DNA from: a virus
DNA: 64,000 nt
Reading direction: 5' to 3' (one strand)
Virus record (IMG/VR): IMGVR_UViG_3300045988_144682
In this document: piece by piece, positions 8,386 to 16,982 of the stretch
Layout of the letters: each line of letters begins with the position of its first letter
Numbering within the stretch: position 1 is the stretch's first letter
Program-made: the position numbers and the translations under genes
The notes under the pieces: model-generated
What the model was told of the DNA's origin: nothing
The model's input: the letters and a program-made list of their open reading frames with translations, nothing else
Databases searched by the model: none

Positions 8386-9690
8386 ATGTTTGAATGGAAT
8401 CCAGTTTTTAATTTTGCAATGAACATCAAACATAATTATTTGAAAAAGTTCGGCAAAGTTGAATACAGAAAATATGAGATTGAAGAGAATGATACTACCA
8501 AAACGGTATCATGCTTAGAATACTGGATTAAAACACTTAACGATGAAACAGCCAAAGAAAAAATCAAATATCTTGAAATAAATCAGGAGGGGGATCTTAT
8601 CCTTATCCGATATGGTAAATTCAGTTCAGCCGGTGATGGTCAATACGAAATTACTGTTGAAGACCTCTGGAATGCAGATAATGGATTTTTCTTGGAATGC
8701 CGAAGTGTGGTAATCAATCTCAAAACAGAGGAAATTGTCATTGCACCATTTAAGAAGTTCCGAAATTTGAATGAATGTCCCGAAAATGATATAAAAGTCG
8801 TGACAGAAGAAATCAAGAATGCAAAAACTGTTGAAATCACAAATAAACTTGATGGAAGTATGCAGTGTGTACGTTGGTATAACGGCGAAATCTTCATGTC
8901 TGGCAGTCAGGCGATTAACCCTGATATGTCGTGGAGATTAGCCGATGGAATTTTACGACTAACAGACAATAATAAATGCATGGCAAAAGAAAATCCAAGT
9001 CTTACATTTATCTACGAATATATTTCATTGCCAGATGCCCACGTTGTCAAATACACGAAAGAGCAAGAAGGATTGTATCTGATTGGTATTAGAGATGTGA
9101 ATACCGGCAGACAGTATTCTTATAAAGAAGTTGCGGAGTATGCTGCTAAATATCATGTGCCGATGACAGAGATTTTTGACAAAACTTTTGATGAAGTATT
9201 GGAAGAAGTCAAGACAATCAAGTCGGATGAAATGGAAGGATTTGTAATTAACATTGATGGTCACATGATTAAAGTGAAAGGCGATGATTATACACAGATT
9301 CATAGAGTATTATCAAAAATTTCTTCAATCAATCTGATTATTCAGAGTGTGGCAGAAGATAAGGTCGATGATTTATACAGCAAAGTTCCGGCAGCATACA
9401 AACCAAGAGTACGGATAGTTGAGAAAATTGTTCGAGGATATATTTCAGACATGGAATCAGAAACTTCTAAATGGTACTCAAAAGCTCCAAAATCTGACAG
9501 AAAGACCTTTATGATTTGGGTACATGAAAATGTCCCACCGAAATTTAAGTCATATGTCAGAAACAAGTATTTTGGTATAGAAAACAATTATATCAAATAT
9601 GGAAGTGATAAATGCCCAGGTTATAGAAAACTTAACGAAATGGGTGTAACAGACTATAAGAAAATTTTTGAAGAGAGTGAGGAAGAGTAA
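8386..9690 (+). CDS. RNA ligase (T4 Rnl1-like nucleotidyltransferase)
   Basis: Motif I NKLDGS (KxDG), motif IV MEGFVIN, motif V IKVKG. Confidence 0.75.
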   Translation: MFEWNPVFNFAMNIKHNYLKKFGKVEYRKYEIEENDTTKTVSCLEYWIKTLNDETAKEKIKYLEINQEGDLILIRYGKFSSAGDGQYEITVEDLWNADNGFFLECRSVVINLKTEEIVIAPFKKFRNLNECPENDIKVVTEEIKNAKTVEITNKLDGSMQCVRWYNGEIFMSGSQAINPDMSWRLADGILRLTDNNKCMAKENPSLTFIYEYISLPDAHVVKYTKEQEGLYLIGIRDVNTGRQYSYKEVAEYAAKYHVPMTEIFDKTFDEVLEEVKTIKSDEMEGFVINIDGHMIKVKGDDYTQIHRVLSKISSINLIIQSVAEDKVDDLYSKVPAAYKPRVRIVEKIVRGYISDMESETSKWYSKAPKSDRKTFMIWVHENVPPKFKSYVRNKYFGIENNYIKYGSDKCPGYRKLNEMGVTDYKKIFEESEEE

Positions 9691-10640
9691 TGGAAAAACC
9701 AACTTTCGTGATGATGGTCGGTTTGCCTGGAAGTGGAAAATCTACTTTGGCGAAAGATATAAAGGACACGTATCATGGTACAATTTTTTCGTCAGATAGT
9801 ATCAGAGAAGAACTTACTGGTTCAGAAGAGTGTATGGATCAGGATAAAGAAGTATTTCAAACGCTTCATAGAAGAATTAAGGAATATCTGATAGAGCATC
9901 AGGGGACAGACGGTTGTGCAATTTATGATGCATGTAATATCAGTTATAAAAAGAGAATGGCATTCTTGCGTGAACTTAAAAAGATTGATTGCAGAAAAGT
10001 TTGCTATTTTGTATGGACTCCATATAAAATGTGTCTTGAACAGAACAAAAAGAGAGACAGAGTTGTACCGGAATATGCGATTGCACGAATGTACAAAAAC
10101 ATTTACATACCACAGTATTATGAAGGTTGGGATTCTATTATTTTTAATTTAAAACACGCAATAATAAATGGAAACAGCTTAACAAAATTGTTCTATGAGA
10201 TGCCAAATGGACTTTGTAGTATTGACCATGACAATCCACATCATCAGTTATCCATCGGAAATCATTGCATCGCATGTTATCTGAACGCTCTCACGATGAC
10301 AATGGATTCGCCGGATTTCAATTTATGTACGGCAGCATTGCTTCATGATATTGGAAAGTCTTTTACAAAAGGGTATAAAGACAGTAAAGGCAATTCTTGT
10401 GAATACGCACATTACTACCAGCATCACCTTGTATCTGCATATGATGCGGTTAGATATCTCAGATTTGTAGAAGAAAATGATAGGCTTGAAATTCTTGCAT
10501 TGATCCAGTGGCATATGTTCCCGTACTTCTGGGAGAAAGATAATAACACAAAGATGCAGAGCAAATACAAGAAATTATGGGGAGATGAGCTGTACGACAA
10601 AATCATGCTTCTCCATAAAGCAGATATGGAGGCACACTGA
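9690..10640 (+). CDS. P-loop polynucleotide-kinase-like domain fused to an HD phosphohydrolase domain
   Basis: Walker A GLPGSGKST; C-terminal LLHDIGK HD motif and downstream His residues. Confidence 0.8.
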   Translation: MEKPTFVMMVGLPGSGKSTLAKDIKDTYHGTIFSSDSIREELTGSEECMDQDKEVFQTLHRRIKEYLIEHQGTDGCAIYDACNISYKKRMAFLRELKKIDCRKVCYFVWTPYKMCLEQNKKRDRVVPEYAIARMYKNIYIPQYYEGWDSIIFNLKHAIINGNSLTKLFYEMPNGLCSIDHDNPHHQLSIGNHCIACYLNALTMTMDSPDFNLCTAALLHDIGKSFTKGYKDSKGNSCEYAHYYQHHLVSAYDAVRYLRFVEENDRLEILALIQWHMFPYFWEKDNNTKMQSKYKKLWGDELYDKIMLLHKADMEAH

Positions 10641-10855
10641 TGAAAAGTAAGAAACAGTTTGCCCGTGAAACAAATGGAGAAGTATACACAAGAAATGAAT
10701 TTGCGAAACTTGTAGACGCAGGAGCGTTTATTCCATATGACGGGATTGGATATTTCCATGATGGTACAAATAGAACAGATATAAGTGTATGGAATAATAG
10801 TCTTACAGCAAAAGATGTTGAAAAATACCCCTATGTATGTTGGTACAACAGATAA
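10640..10855 (+). CDS. Hypothetical protein
   Basis: 71-aa ORF; ATGA overlap with the upstream gene. Confidence 0.55.
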   Translation: MKSKKQFARETNGEVYTRNEFAKLVDAGAFIPYDGIGYFHDGTNRTDISVWNNSLTAKDVEKYPYVCWYNR

Positions 10856-11298
10856 ATAAAATTCATGTTTTGTCTATTATGAAATCCTATCCGTTGGTCG
10901 AAACTGAGTATTTGTATTCCATTTTTGAAATATTTATATCTAGTTTTTCCCTGTAAAGTATTCAGTGGTAGCAAAACTGCAAATGGTTTATTGAGATTAT
11001 ATAATCTTTCGAGAATTTGGTCTTTGATATTGAATGGTGGGTTTGAGATTATCACATCATAGTCATCAGGTTCATATAAGAAGAAATCTTTCCCTTCATC
11101 TATATGGGATCTGATGACATCAAATCCATTTTCCCTAAATGTTTGATAGAACGAAGACCATTCAGCATCAAACGGACACCATATTCTATAACTTTTCGGT
11201 ATATATTTTACGATTGGTTCAACCGCATAATATGGTGTATATAATTCCTGGTGTTCAGGCGTTTTACTACTGGTTAAATAACCAATGTTGTTTGCCAA
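10831..11298 (-). CDS. N6-adenine-type methyltransferase, flipped orientation with aberrant C-terminus
   Basis: IISNPPF catalytic motif; AAGGAG RBS plus TTG start at 11298. It is the only full-length minus-strand gene in the plus-strand arm. It ends 9 codons after crossing the repeat. Confidence 0.8.
   Translation of the reverse strand: MANNIGYLTSSKTPEHQELYTPYYAVEPIVKYIPKSYRIWCPFDAEWSSFYQTFRENGFDVIRSHIDEGKDFFLYEPDDYDVIISNPPFNIKDQILERLYNLNKPFAVLLPLNTLQGKTRYKYFKNGIQILSFDQRIGFHNRQNMNFIYLLYQHT
10860..10871. repeat. Left arm of 12-bp perfect inverted repeat (N6-MTase switch)
   Basis: AATTCATGTTTT; reverse complement of 11318-11329. Confidence 0.7.
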
Positions 11299-11317
11299 TT
11301 TATCACACTCCTTCGTT

Positions 11318-11329
11318 AAAACATGAATT
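11318..11329. repeat. Right arm of 12-bp perfect inverted repeat (N6-MTase switch)
   Basis: AAAACATGAATT. Confidence 0.7.
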
Positions 11330-11439
11330 CTACAATAGAGGGAAGTCCATTTGCAACTGCATATTTTTGTAAAGATTTTCTACCAAACGACTTAATTGTT
11401 GAGAAACTAGAAAAATATGAAAAAGGATTATTGAATTGA
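11330..11439 (+). CDS. Orphan 3' end of the N6-MTase gene (36 codons, no start of its own)
   Basis: The frame entering from the right repeat arm stays open: STIEGSPFATAYFCKDFLPNDLIVEKLEKYEKGLLN*. It stops 13 nt before the next ATG. Confidence 0.55.
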
Positions 11440-11452
11440 TTGGAGAAATTAT

Positions 11453-12094
11453 ATGAAAGTGATTTTTCTTGATGTTGACGGTGTGTTGAACTCAGAAAAA
11501 GATTTGTTAGAAGCAAAAGGAAAAAGTGAGCTGTTTGACAGACCGTTGGCATTATTAAAAGAGTTAGTCGAATCAACCAAAGCAAAAATAGTTGTATCAT
11601 CAACATGGCGAATTGGTTGTTCAAAAAGTGGTCGTAATTCGTGGTATGGAGAGGGAATCTTCAAAACACTTACAGATAGATTGGCAGAATATCAGATGGA
11701 AGTATATGATATTACACCAGTCATAAATAAGCCGGGAGTACAGCGTGGAGATGAGATAAGAGCGTGGCTTGAAAATGCAAAAGAAGAAATTGATGCATTT
11801 GTTATTTTAGATGACGATGCAGATATGTGTGAATTTACAGGAACGAATCTTGTACAGACTTCCATGAAAACTGGGCTACTGGAATATCATGTAGAAATTG
11901 CTAAAAGTATACTGAATGGCGAAAATATCACACATGATGTTGTCCTTGATGCAGTCCGTAAAGTGTGGGACAAATTACCTGAATTACGGTTTGGTCAGCT
12001 TATTGTAAATGTTTTGGGTTCAGATCCATTTTATGAATTAGACAAAAACGTAGTAACAAAAATGAGAAAATACGAAAGGAAAATAGGTGAATGA
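11453..12094 (+). CDS. HAD-superfamily phosphatase-like protein (type seen in RNA-repair loci)
   Basis: N-terminal FLDVDGVLN (DxD nucleophile motif); later ILDDD. Confidence 0.7.
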   Translation: MKVIFLDVDGVLNSEKDLLEAKGKSELFDRPLALLKELVESTKAKIVVSSTWRIGCSKSGRNSWYGEGIFKTLTDRLAEYQMEVYDITPVINKPGVQRGDEIRAWLENAKEEIDAFVILDDDADMCEFTGTNLVQTSMKTGLLEYHVEIAKSILNGENITHDVVLDAVRKVWDKLPELRFGQLIVNVLGSDPFYELDKNVVTKMRKYERKIGE

Positions 12095-12360
12095 TACAGC
12101 CAGTAATCGCACGAAAGCCTAAATTCGTGATAAATCCGCAAAGATCTCCAACATTAGGTTTTGGATTAGATACACCAGTTCATTATGCAACAAGGGTGTT
12201 TCTTCCAGGAAGTCAAAAAATAATTAACCTACCTATTTGTGGAGCAAATTGCGTATGTCCGTTATTACTTACGGACGATATTAAAAAGTGTACCTGTCAT
12301 GATTGTATTATTAAAGTAATGCAGCGAATGATAGGGATAAAACAAAAAAGGAGAAAATGA
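12091..12360 (+). CDS. Hypothetical protein
   Basis: 89-aa ORF; 4-nt overlaps on both sides. Confidence 0.5.
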   Translation: MIQPVIARKPKFVINPQRSPTLGFGLDTPVHYATRVFLPGSQKIINLPICGANCVCPLLLTDDIKKCTCHDCIIKVMQRMIGIKQKRRK

Positions 12361-13022
12361 AGATGAAGAAAAATCTGACACAGATGGTATTCGTTCTTGA
12401 TATGAGCGGATCAATGAAATGGCTTGCGCCGGAAACAATTGGTGGTTACAATACAATGCTTGCCGACCAGAAGAAAGAAGATGGCGATGCACTTGTAACT
12501 ACAGTTCTTTTCGACAATAGATATATCATGGTTCACGATGGCGTTGATATCAAAAAGGTTCAGAATTTAACTGACAAAGAATACAGACCAGAAGGTATGA
12601 CAGCCATGCTTGATGCCGTTGGAAGAACAATCAACCATGTCGGAAACAGACTTGCAGATATGCCGGAAGAAGAACGACCTGAAAAAGTTGTATTTACAAT
12701 TATCACTGATGGTTATGAGAATGCAAGCCATGAATTTGACTGGAATACAGTAAAAGAAATGATTAAGCATCAGCGTGAAAAATACAGTTGGGTATTTACA
12801 TTCTTAGGTGCGAATATTGATACCATGCAGGTTAGCAATGATCTGGGAATCAGTAGTATGTTGTCAAAAACATACAAAGCAAGTAAGAGTGGCACAGAAA
12901 AAGTATTTTCTGCAGCATCAAAATCTGTATCAGTCGCAAGAGGTGTAAGTGCCGATGCATTAAATAGTGCCCAGACTATGTGCTTCATGTCATCCGCACT
13001 GGATGAAGCGGAGGAAAAATAA
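12357..13022 (+). CDS. von Willebrand factor A (vWA) domain protein
   Basis: MIDAS motif VLDMSGSM with downstream T and D positions. Confidence 0.8.
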   Translation: MKMKKNLTQMVFVLDMSGSMKWLAPETIGGYNTMLADQKKEDGDALVTTVLFDNRYIMVHDGVDIKKVQNLTDKEYRPEGMTAMLDAVGRTINHVGNRLADMPEEERPEKVVFTIITDGYENASHEFDWNTVKEMIKHQREKYSWVFTFLGANIDTMQVSNDLGISSMLSKTYKASKSGTEKVFSAASKSVSVARGVSADALNSAQTMCFMSSALDEAEEK

Positions 13023-13888
13023 TGAAATGTTTCTATCATAACGATATGGACGGTAAGTGTGCTGGTTCAATCGTTGCAAGAGTAACAGGAAATTACAACG
13101 CAAAAGATTACATCATGTACAACTATGATGGTGAAATTCCAACAGAGCTTATTGAAGACGGTGAAACAGTCTATTTTGTAGATTTGTCATTCTCGGTAAA
13201 TACAGTAGATAAGCTGAAAGAAATCGTTGAAACAAAGCATTGTGATTTAATTTGGTGCGATCACCATTCATCAAGTATGGATATTCTTGCTAAATATCCA
13301 GAATTCAGCAGTATTAAAGGAATCCGAAAGGAAGGAATTAGCGGAGCTGGATTAACATGGATGTACCTTATGGGATGTGATTTTGATGATATCCCCCTCT
13401 TCGTAAAATATGTTAGTGATTTTGATTGCTGGCAGTTTAAATATGGAGAATCACTGTTTTTCAAGTATGCACTCGAATCTACGGATTATGATGCACTAGA
13501 TATTATCTGGAATAAACTTGTAAAAGATTCAAACAGTAAGGATAATCCTTTACTTGCTGAAATGGTACATAACGGTACTGTCATTTCTAAATATGTAGAG
13601 AAAGAGTATGAAGCATACAGAAATGCCTATGCATATGAATCAAGAATTGACGGTATTAAATGCCTGGTTGTAAATAGAAGCTGCAACAGCTTAGTATTCG
13701 GGGAAGTAATCAAAGATTATCCGATTGTTGCAATTTGGGCATTCAATGGAGAAAAATACAAATACTCCATTTATTCAGAAAAGTCGGATGTTGATTGCTC
13801 AAAAATTGCCGAAAGATATGGCGGTGGAGGTCATAAAGGTGCATCTGGTTTCGTATCAAACAAAATGATTTTAAACAAAGCGAATTAA
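13022..13888 (+). CDS. DHH/DHHA1-family phosphoesterase
   Basis: HNDMDG, CDHHSS (DHH) and GGGHKGASGF (DHHA1 GGGH). Confidence 0.85.
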   Translation: MKCFYHNDMDGKCAGSIVARVTGNYNAKDYIMYNYDGEIPTELIEDGETVYFVDLSFSVNTVDKLKEIVETKHCDLIWCDHHSSSMDILAKYPEFSSIKGIRKEGISGAGLTWMYLMGCDFDDIPLFVKYVSDFDCWQFKYGESLFFKYALESTDYDALDIIWNKLVKDSNSKDNPLLAEMVHNGTVISKYVEKEYEAYRNAYAYESRIDGIKCLVVNRSCNSLVFGEVIKDYPIVAIWAFNGEKYKYSIYSEKSDVDCSKIAERYGGGGHKGASGFVSNKMILNKAN

Positions 13889-13902
13889 GAAGGAGAAAGA
13901 TT

Positions 13903-14253
13903 ATGTGTAAATGTGAATGTAAAAAAGATGAAAATGTAGAAGTAACTGATGAAATGATGGCAGCAATGCTTGGTTGCGTATTCGGAGAAATTATTTCCGA
14001 TATTATTGATGACATTGCAGAGGAAGAAGCAGATGTTAGCATCTCTCAGAGTATCGACCTGGAAAAAGAGATTGAAAATGTCGTATTTAATGATCCAGCA
14101 ACTATCGTGTTCTGGAAAGATGGTACTAAGACAGTGACTAAATGCCATGCTGGTGATACGTTCAATAAAGAAACTGGGCTTGCAATGTGCATTATCCGTA
14201 AGCTGTGCAACAACAAGCATTTTAACAATGTGTTTGAAAAATACTGTAACTAA
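13903..14253 (+). CDS. Hypothetical protein
   Basis: AAGGAG RBS; 116 aa. Confidence 0.55.
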   Translation: MCKCECKKDENVEVTDEMMAAMLGCVFGEIISDIIDDIAEEEADVSISQSIDLEKEIENVVFNDPATIVFWKDGTKTVTKCHAGDTFNKETGLAMCIIRKLCNNKHFNNVFEKYCN

Positions 14254-14282
14254 TAACAGATAAACAAACTATAATAAATGCG

Positions 14283-14310
14283 TTGACAAATTTGGAAAAC
14301 GTGATACAAT
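14283..14310 (+). promoter_or_regulatory. Sigma-A-type promoter (TTGACA, 16-nt spacer, TGaTACAAT)
   Basis: Same architecture as the 8342 promoter; lies in an 85-bp gap. Confidence 0.6.
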
Positions 14311-14338
14311 AAACAAGAACTAAGAAAGTGAGAGAATT

Positions 14339-14830
14339 ATGTTGAGGATAATTATTGCAGGATCAAGATTTTTTGAGGATTACAATTTATTTGAATCCAC
14401 AATGTTTAAAGTGTTGTTTCATCTCAATAAAGAATATCCTCAATATAATATTCTCGTTATCAATAAAGAAGAGAGATTATTCAAAATAAACCCATGTAGT
14501 CTGGAAATTATTAGTGGAATGGCAAAAGGAGCAGATACATTGGCAGTGAGATTCACCAATAAATATAATCTTGCACTTAAAGAATTTCCGGCTGACTGGA
14601 ATAATTTGAATGTATCACCATGTAGAGTTATTACAAATTCGTATGGAAGCTATAATGCATTAGCAGGGCACAAAAGGAACAGAGACATGGCAGTATATGC
14701 TTCTTCAGACGATGCTTTTGGAGTTCTTGTTTTATTTTGGGACGGAAAAAGTAAAGGTAGTAAAAATATGAAAAGTCAAGCCGTAGCTTTTGGTCTTGAA
14801 ATTTATGAAAACATCATAAACAGACAATAA
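14339..14830 (+). CDS. SLOG/DUF2493-like Rossmann protein
   Basis: IIIAGSR...ISGMAKGADTLA...AGHKRNRDM...WDGKSKGSKNM pattern. Confidence 0.5.
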   Translation: MLRIIIAGSRFFEDYNLFESTMFKVLFHLNKEYPQYNILVINKEERLFKINPCSLEIISGMAKGADTLAVRFTNKYNLALKEFPADWNNLNVSPCRVITNSYGSYNALAGHKRNRDMAVYASSDDAFGVLVLFWDGKSKGSKNMKSQAVAFGLEIYENIINRQ

Positions 14831-14839
14831 TAAAGGAGA

Positions 14840-15073
14840 ATGATAAACATGTGTTCAATATGTTTACAGAACCCTTGCCACCCAAGATGTCCTAATGCTG
14901 TTAGGAGAGTTCGTGGAACTTGTGATGAATGCGGAGAAGAATTATACGAAGATGAGTATTATGTTACAGATGATATGAACGGAACATATTGCTCAGAAGA
15001 ATGTGCGAAAAAAGCAAACGGCATACATGAGACAGAATGGGAAGAAGAATACACTGATTGGAGAGAAGAATGA
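14840..15073 (+). CDS. Small zinc-ribbon protein
   Basis: CSICLQNPCHPRC...CDECG...CSEEC. Confidence 0.5.
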   Translation: MINMCSICLQNPCHPRCPNAVRRVRGTCDECGEELYEDEYYVTDDMNGTYCSEECAKKANGIHETEWEEEYTDWREE

Positions 15074-15315
15074 TTAACGAATTTAAAATTAGTCTTTGTA
15101 CTATAGATAGAGTTAAAGATTTCTGCCGGATTACATCTGCTATTAAGCCGGATATGGATATTATTGTTGGCAGATATATCATTGATGCAAAATCAATCAT
15201 GGGAATTTTTAGTGTTGATCTTTCAAGGGAATTAGTGCTGAAAATTTCATCAGATGATGTTGAAGAATGCAAAGAAATCAGAGAAAAACTGAAAGCGTTC
15301 ATTGTGGAGGATTAG
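15058..15315 (+). CDS. HPr-fold-like small protein (no canonical His15 motif seen)
   Basis: IIDAKSIMGIFSVDLSRELVLKISSDD resembles the HPr C-terminal half. Tentative. Confidence 0.4.
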   Translation: MERRMINEFKISLCTIDRVKDFCRITSAIKPDMDIIVGRYIIDAKSIMGIFSVDLSRELVLKISSDDVEECKEIREKLKAFIVED

Positions 15316-15316
15316 C

Positions 15317-16162
15317 ATGAACAAAGCAGATCAGTATATGGAAAGAGACATCAAGAATATCCTTGAAAATGGATATATTGATGAGAACCCACGACCTAAG
15401 TATGCAGACGGAGTACCGGCACATACATATTCAGTGAACCATGTTTGCCGAACCTACGATTTATCAAAAGGCGAATTTCCTATTTGCTCTTTAAGAAGAA
15501 TCGCATGGAAAACTGGTATCAAAGAAATTTTCACTATCTATCAAAGACCGACAAATAGCATCTCAGAAATGGAAAAAATGGGAGTTACCTGGTGGAAAGA
15601 CTGGGATATCGGAGATGGAACTATTGGGCAGAGATACGGCGCAACCGTGAAAAGATATGATTTAATCAATAAGCTCATTGATGATATCAAGAAAGATCCA
15701 TACGGCAGGAGAAAAGTCGTTTCCTTATGGCAAGAAAATGATTTAAGAGAAACAGCCGGTCTTGCACCATGCGCTTACAACACAATATGGAATGTGCGTG
15801 GCAAATATCTTGACATGGTATTGATTCAGAGAAGTGGAGATATGCTTACGGCTTCTGGTGCTGGTGGGGTTAATGAAGTTCAATATGCAGCATTACTTAT
15901 GATGATTGCACGCTATACTGGTTATAAACCAGGTGTATTCACACATTTTGTAGCAAATGAGCAGATTTATGACAGGCACATCAATCAAGCAAAAGAGATG
16001 CTTAAACGTGTAGAAAATCTGAAAAATTCTGATACTCAGAGTAAGCCAATGCTCAAACTCAATCCAGAGAAAACTAATTTCTATGATATGACAATCGAAG
16101 ATTTTTCTATGGAAAATTATGATCCGATTGTTCCTCAGTTGAAGTTAGAACTCGGAATTTAG
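15317..16162 (+). CDS. thyA: Thymidylate synthase (ThyA family, divergent active-site context)
   Basis: GRRKVVSLWQ, catalytic Cys in LAPCAY, IQRSGDM, GGVNEVQYAAL (Asn implies dUMP specificity). GGAGG RBS. Confidence 0.8.
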   Translation: MNKADQYMERDIKNILENGYIDENPRPKYADGVPAHTYSVNHVCRTYDLSKGEFPICSLRRIAWKTGIKEIFTIYQRPTNSISEMEKMGVTWWKDWDIGDGTIGQRYGATVKRYDLINKLIDDIKKDPYGRRKVVSLWQENDLRETAGLAPCAYNTIWNVRGKYLDMVLIQRSGDMLTASGAGGVNEVQYAALLMMIARYTGYKPGVFTHFVANEQIYDRHINQAKEMLKRVENLKNSDTQSKPMLKLNPEKTNFYDMTIEDFSMENYDPIVPQLKLELGI

Positions 16163-16170
16163 GTGATGAT

Positions 16171-16491
16171 ATGGCAAGAGTAAAATATGTTAAATGTGAT
16201 ATATGTGGAAGACACATAACAGAAAATTCATTTGATAGTGCTATCAGATTCTTTGCCGGAATAATTCATAAAGGCAAAATAGATATTTGCACATCATGTT
16301 TGAACAAGATAGATAAGGTTTATGAAGACATACGAACGGAAGAAGAACTTGTTGAATATGCAATGAACAGCAAAAATGCAGAAGATTTCAAAGAAAATCC
16401 AGATTTATATTCAGCTTATTTGACTGGTGTTCAAGATGCAGCAGAGTATTTAAGCCAACATCAAGTAACAAGGGTGAGATTTGAATGTTAG
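16171..16491 (+). CDS. Hypothetical protein
   Basis: 106-aa ORF with CxxC pairs. Confidence 0.55.
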   Translation: MARVKYVKCDICGRHITENSFDSAIRFFAGIIHKGKIDICTSCLNKIDKVYEDIRTEEELVEYAMNSKNAEDFKENPDLYSAYLTGVQDAAEYLSQHQVTRVRFEC

Positions 16492-16982
16492 CAGCAATAG
16501 TAGCAGTAGATGAAAACTGGGGTATTGGTAGAAACGGAGATTTGCTTATCAATATCCCAGAAGACAAAAAATTTTTCAAAGCAAAAACAAATGGTTCAAT
16601 CGTAATTATGGGAAGAAAAACATGGGATTCTCTTCCAAAAAAGCCACTACCAAATAGAAAAAACTATGTAATCAGCAAAAGCCAGAAACATGTTAATGGC
16701 GTAGATTTTATATCAATGGATTCAGCGTTAGAGCTTATCCAAAATGAAGACAGTGATATTTTCATCATTGGTGGCGGTCAAATCTATGAGAAATTGCTTC
16801 CGTATTGTGAAAAAGTATTCGTGACAAAGATTTATAAGTCTTTTGAATCTGATACGTTCTTTCCTAATATAGAGGAAGATAACACATGGAAATGTGTGGA
16901 AAGTGGTGATATTCAGTATTATCAATCTATCCCATACGAATTTCTTACATATAAGAACCGTAAAAAGCAGGAGGACTTTTAA
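16485..16982 (+). CDS. folA: Dihydrofolate reductase
   Basis: AAIVAVDENWGIGRNGDLLINIPEDKKFFK...IVIMGRKTWDSLP...IIGGGQIY. Confidence 0.85.
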   Translation: MLAAIVAVDENWGIGRNGDLLINIPEDKKFFKAKTNGSIVIMGRKTWDSLPKKPLPNRKNYVISKSQKHVNGVDFISMDSALELIQNEDSDIFIIGGGQIYEKLLPYCEKVFVTKIYKSFESDTFFPNIEEDNTWKCVESGDIQYYQSIPYEFLTYKNRKKQEDF

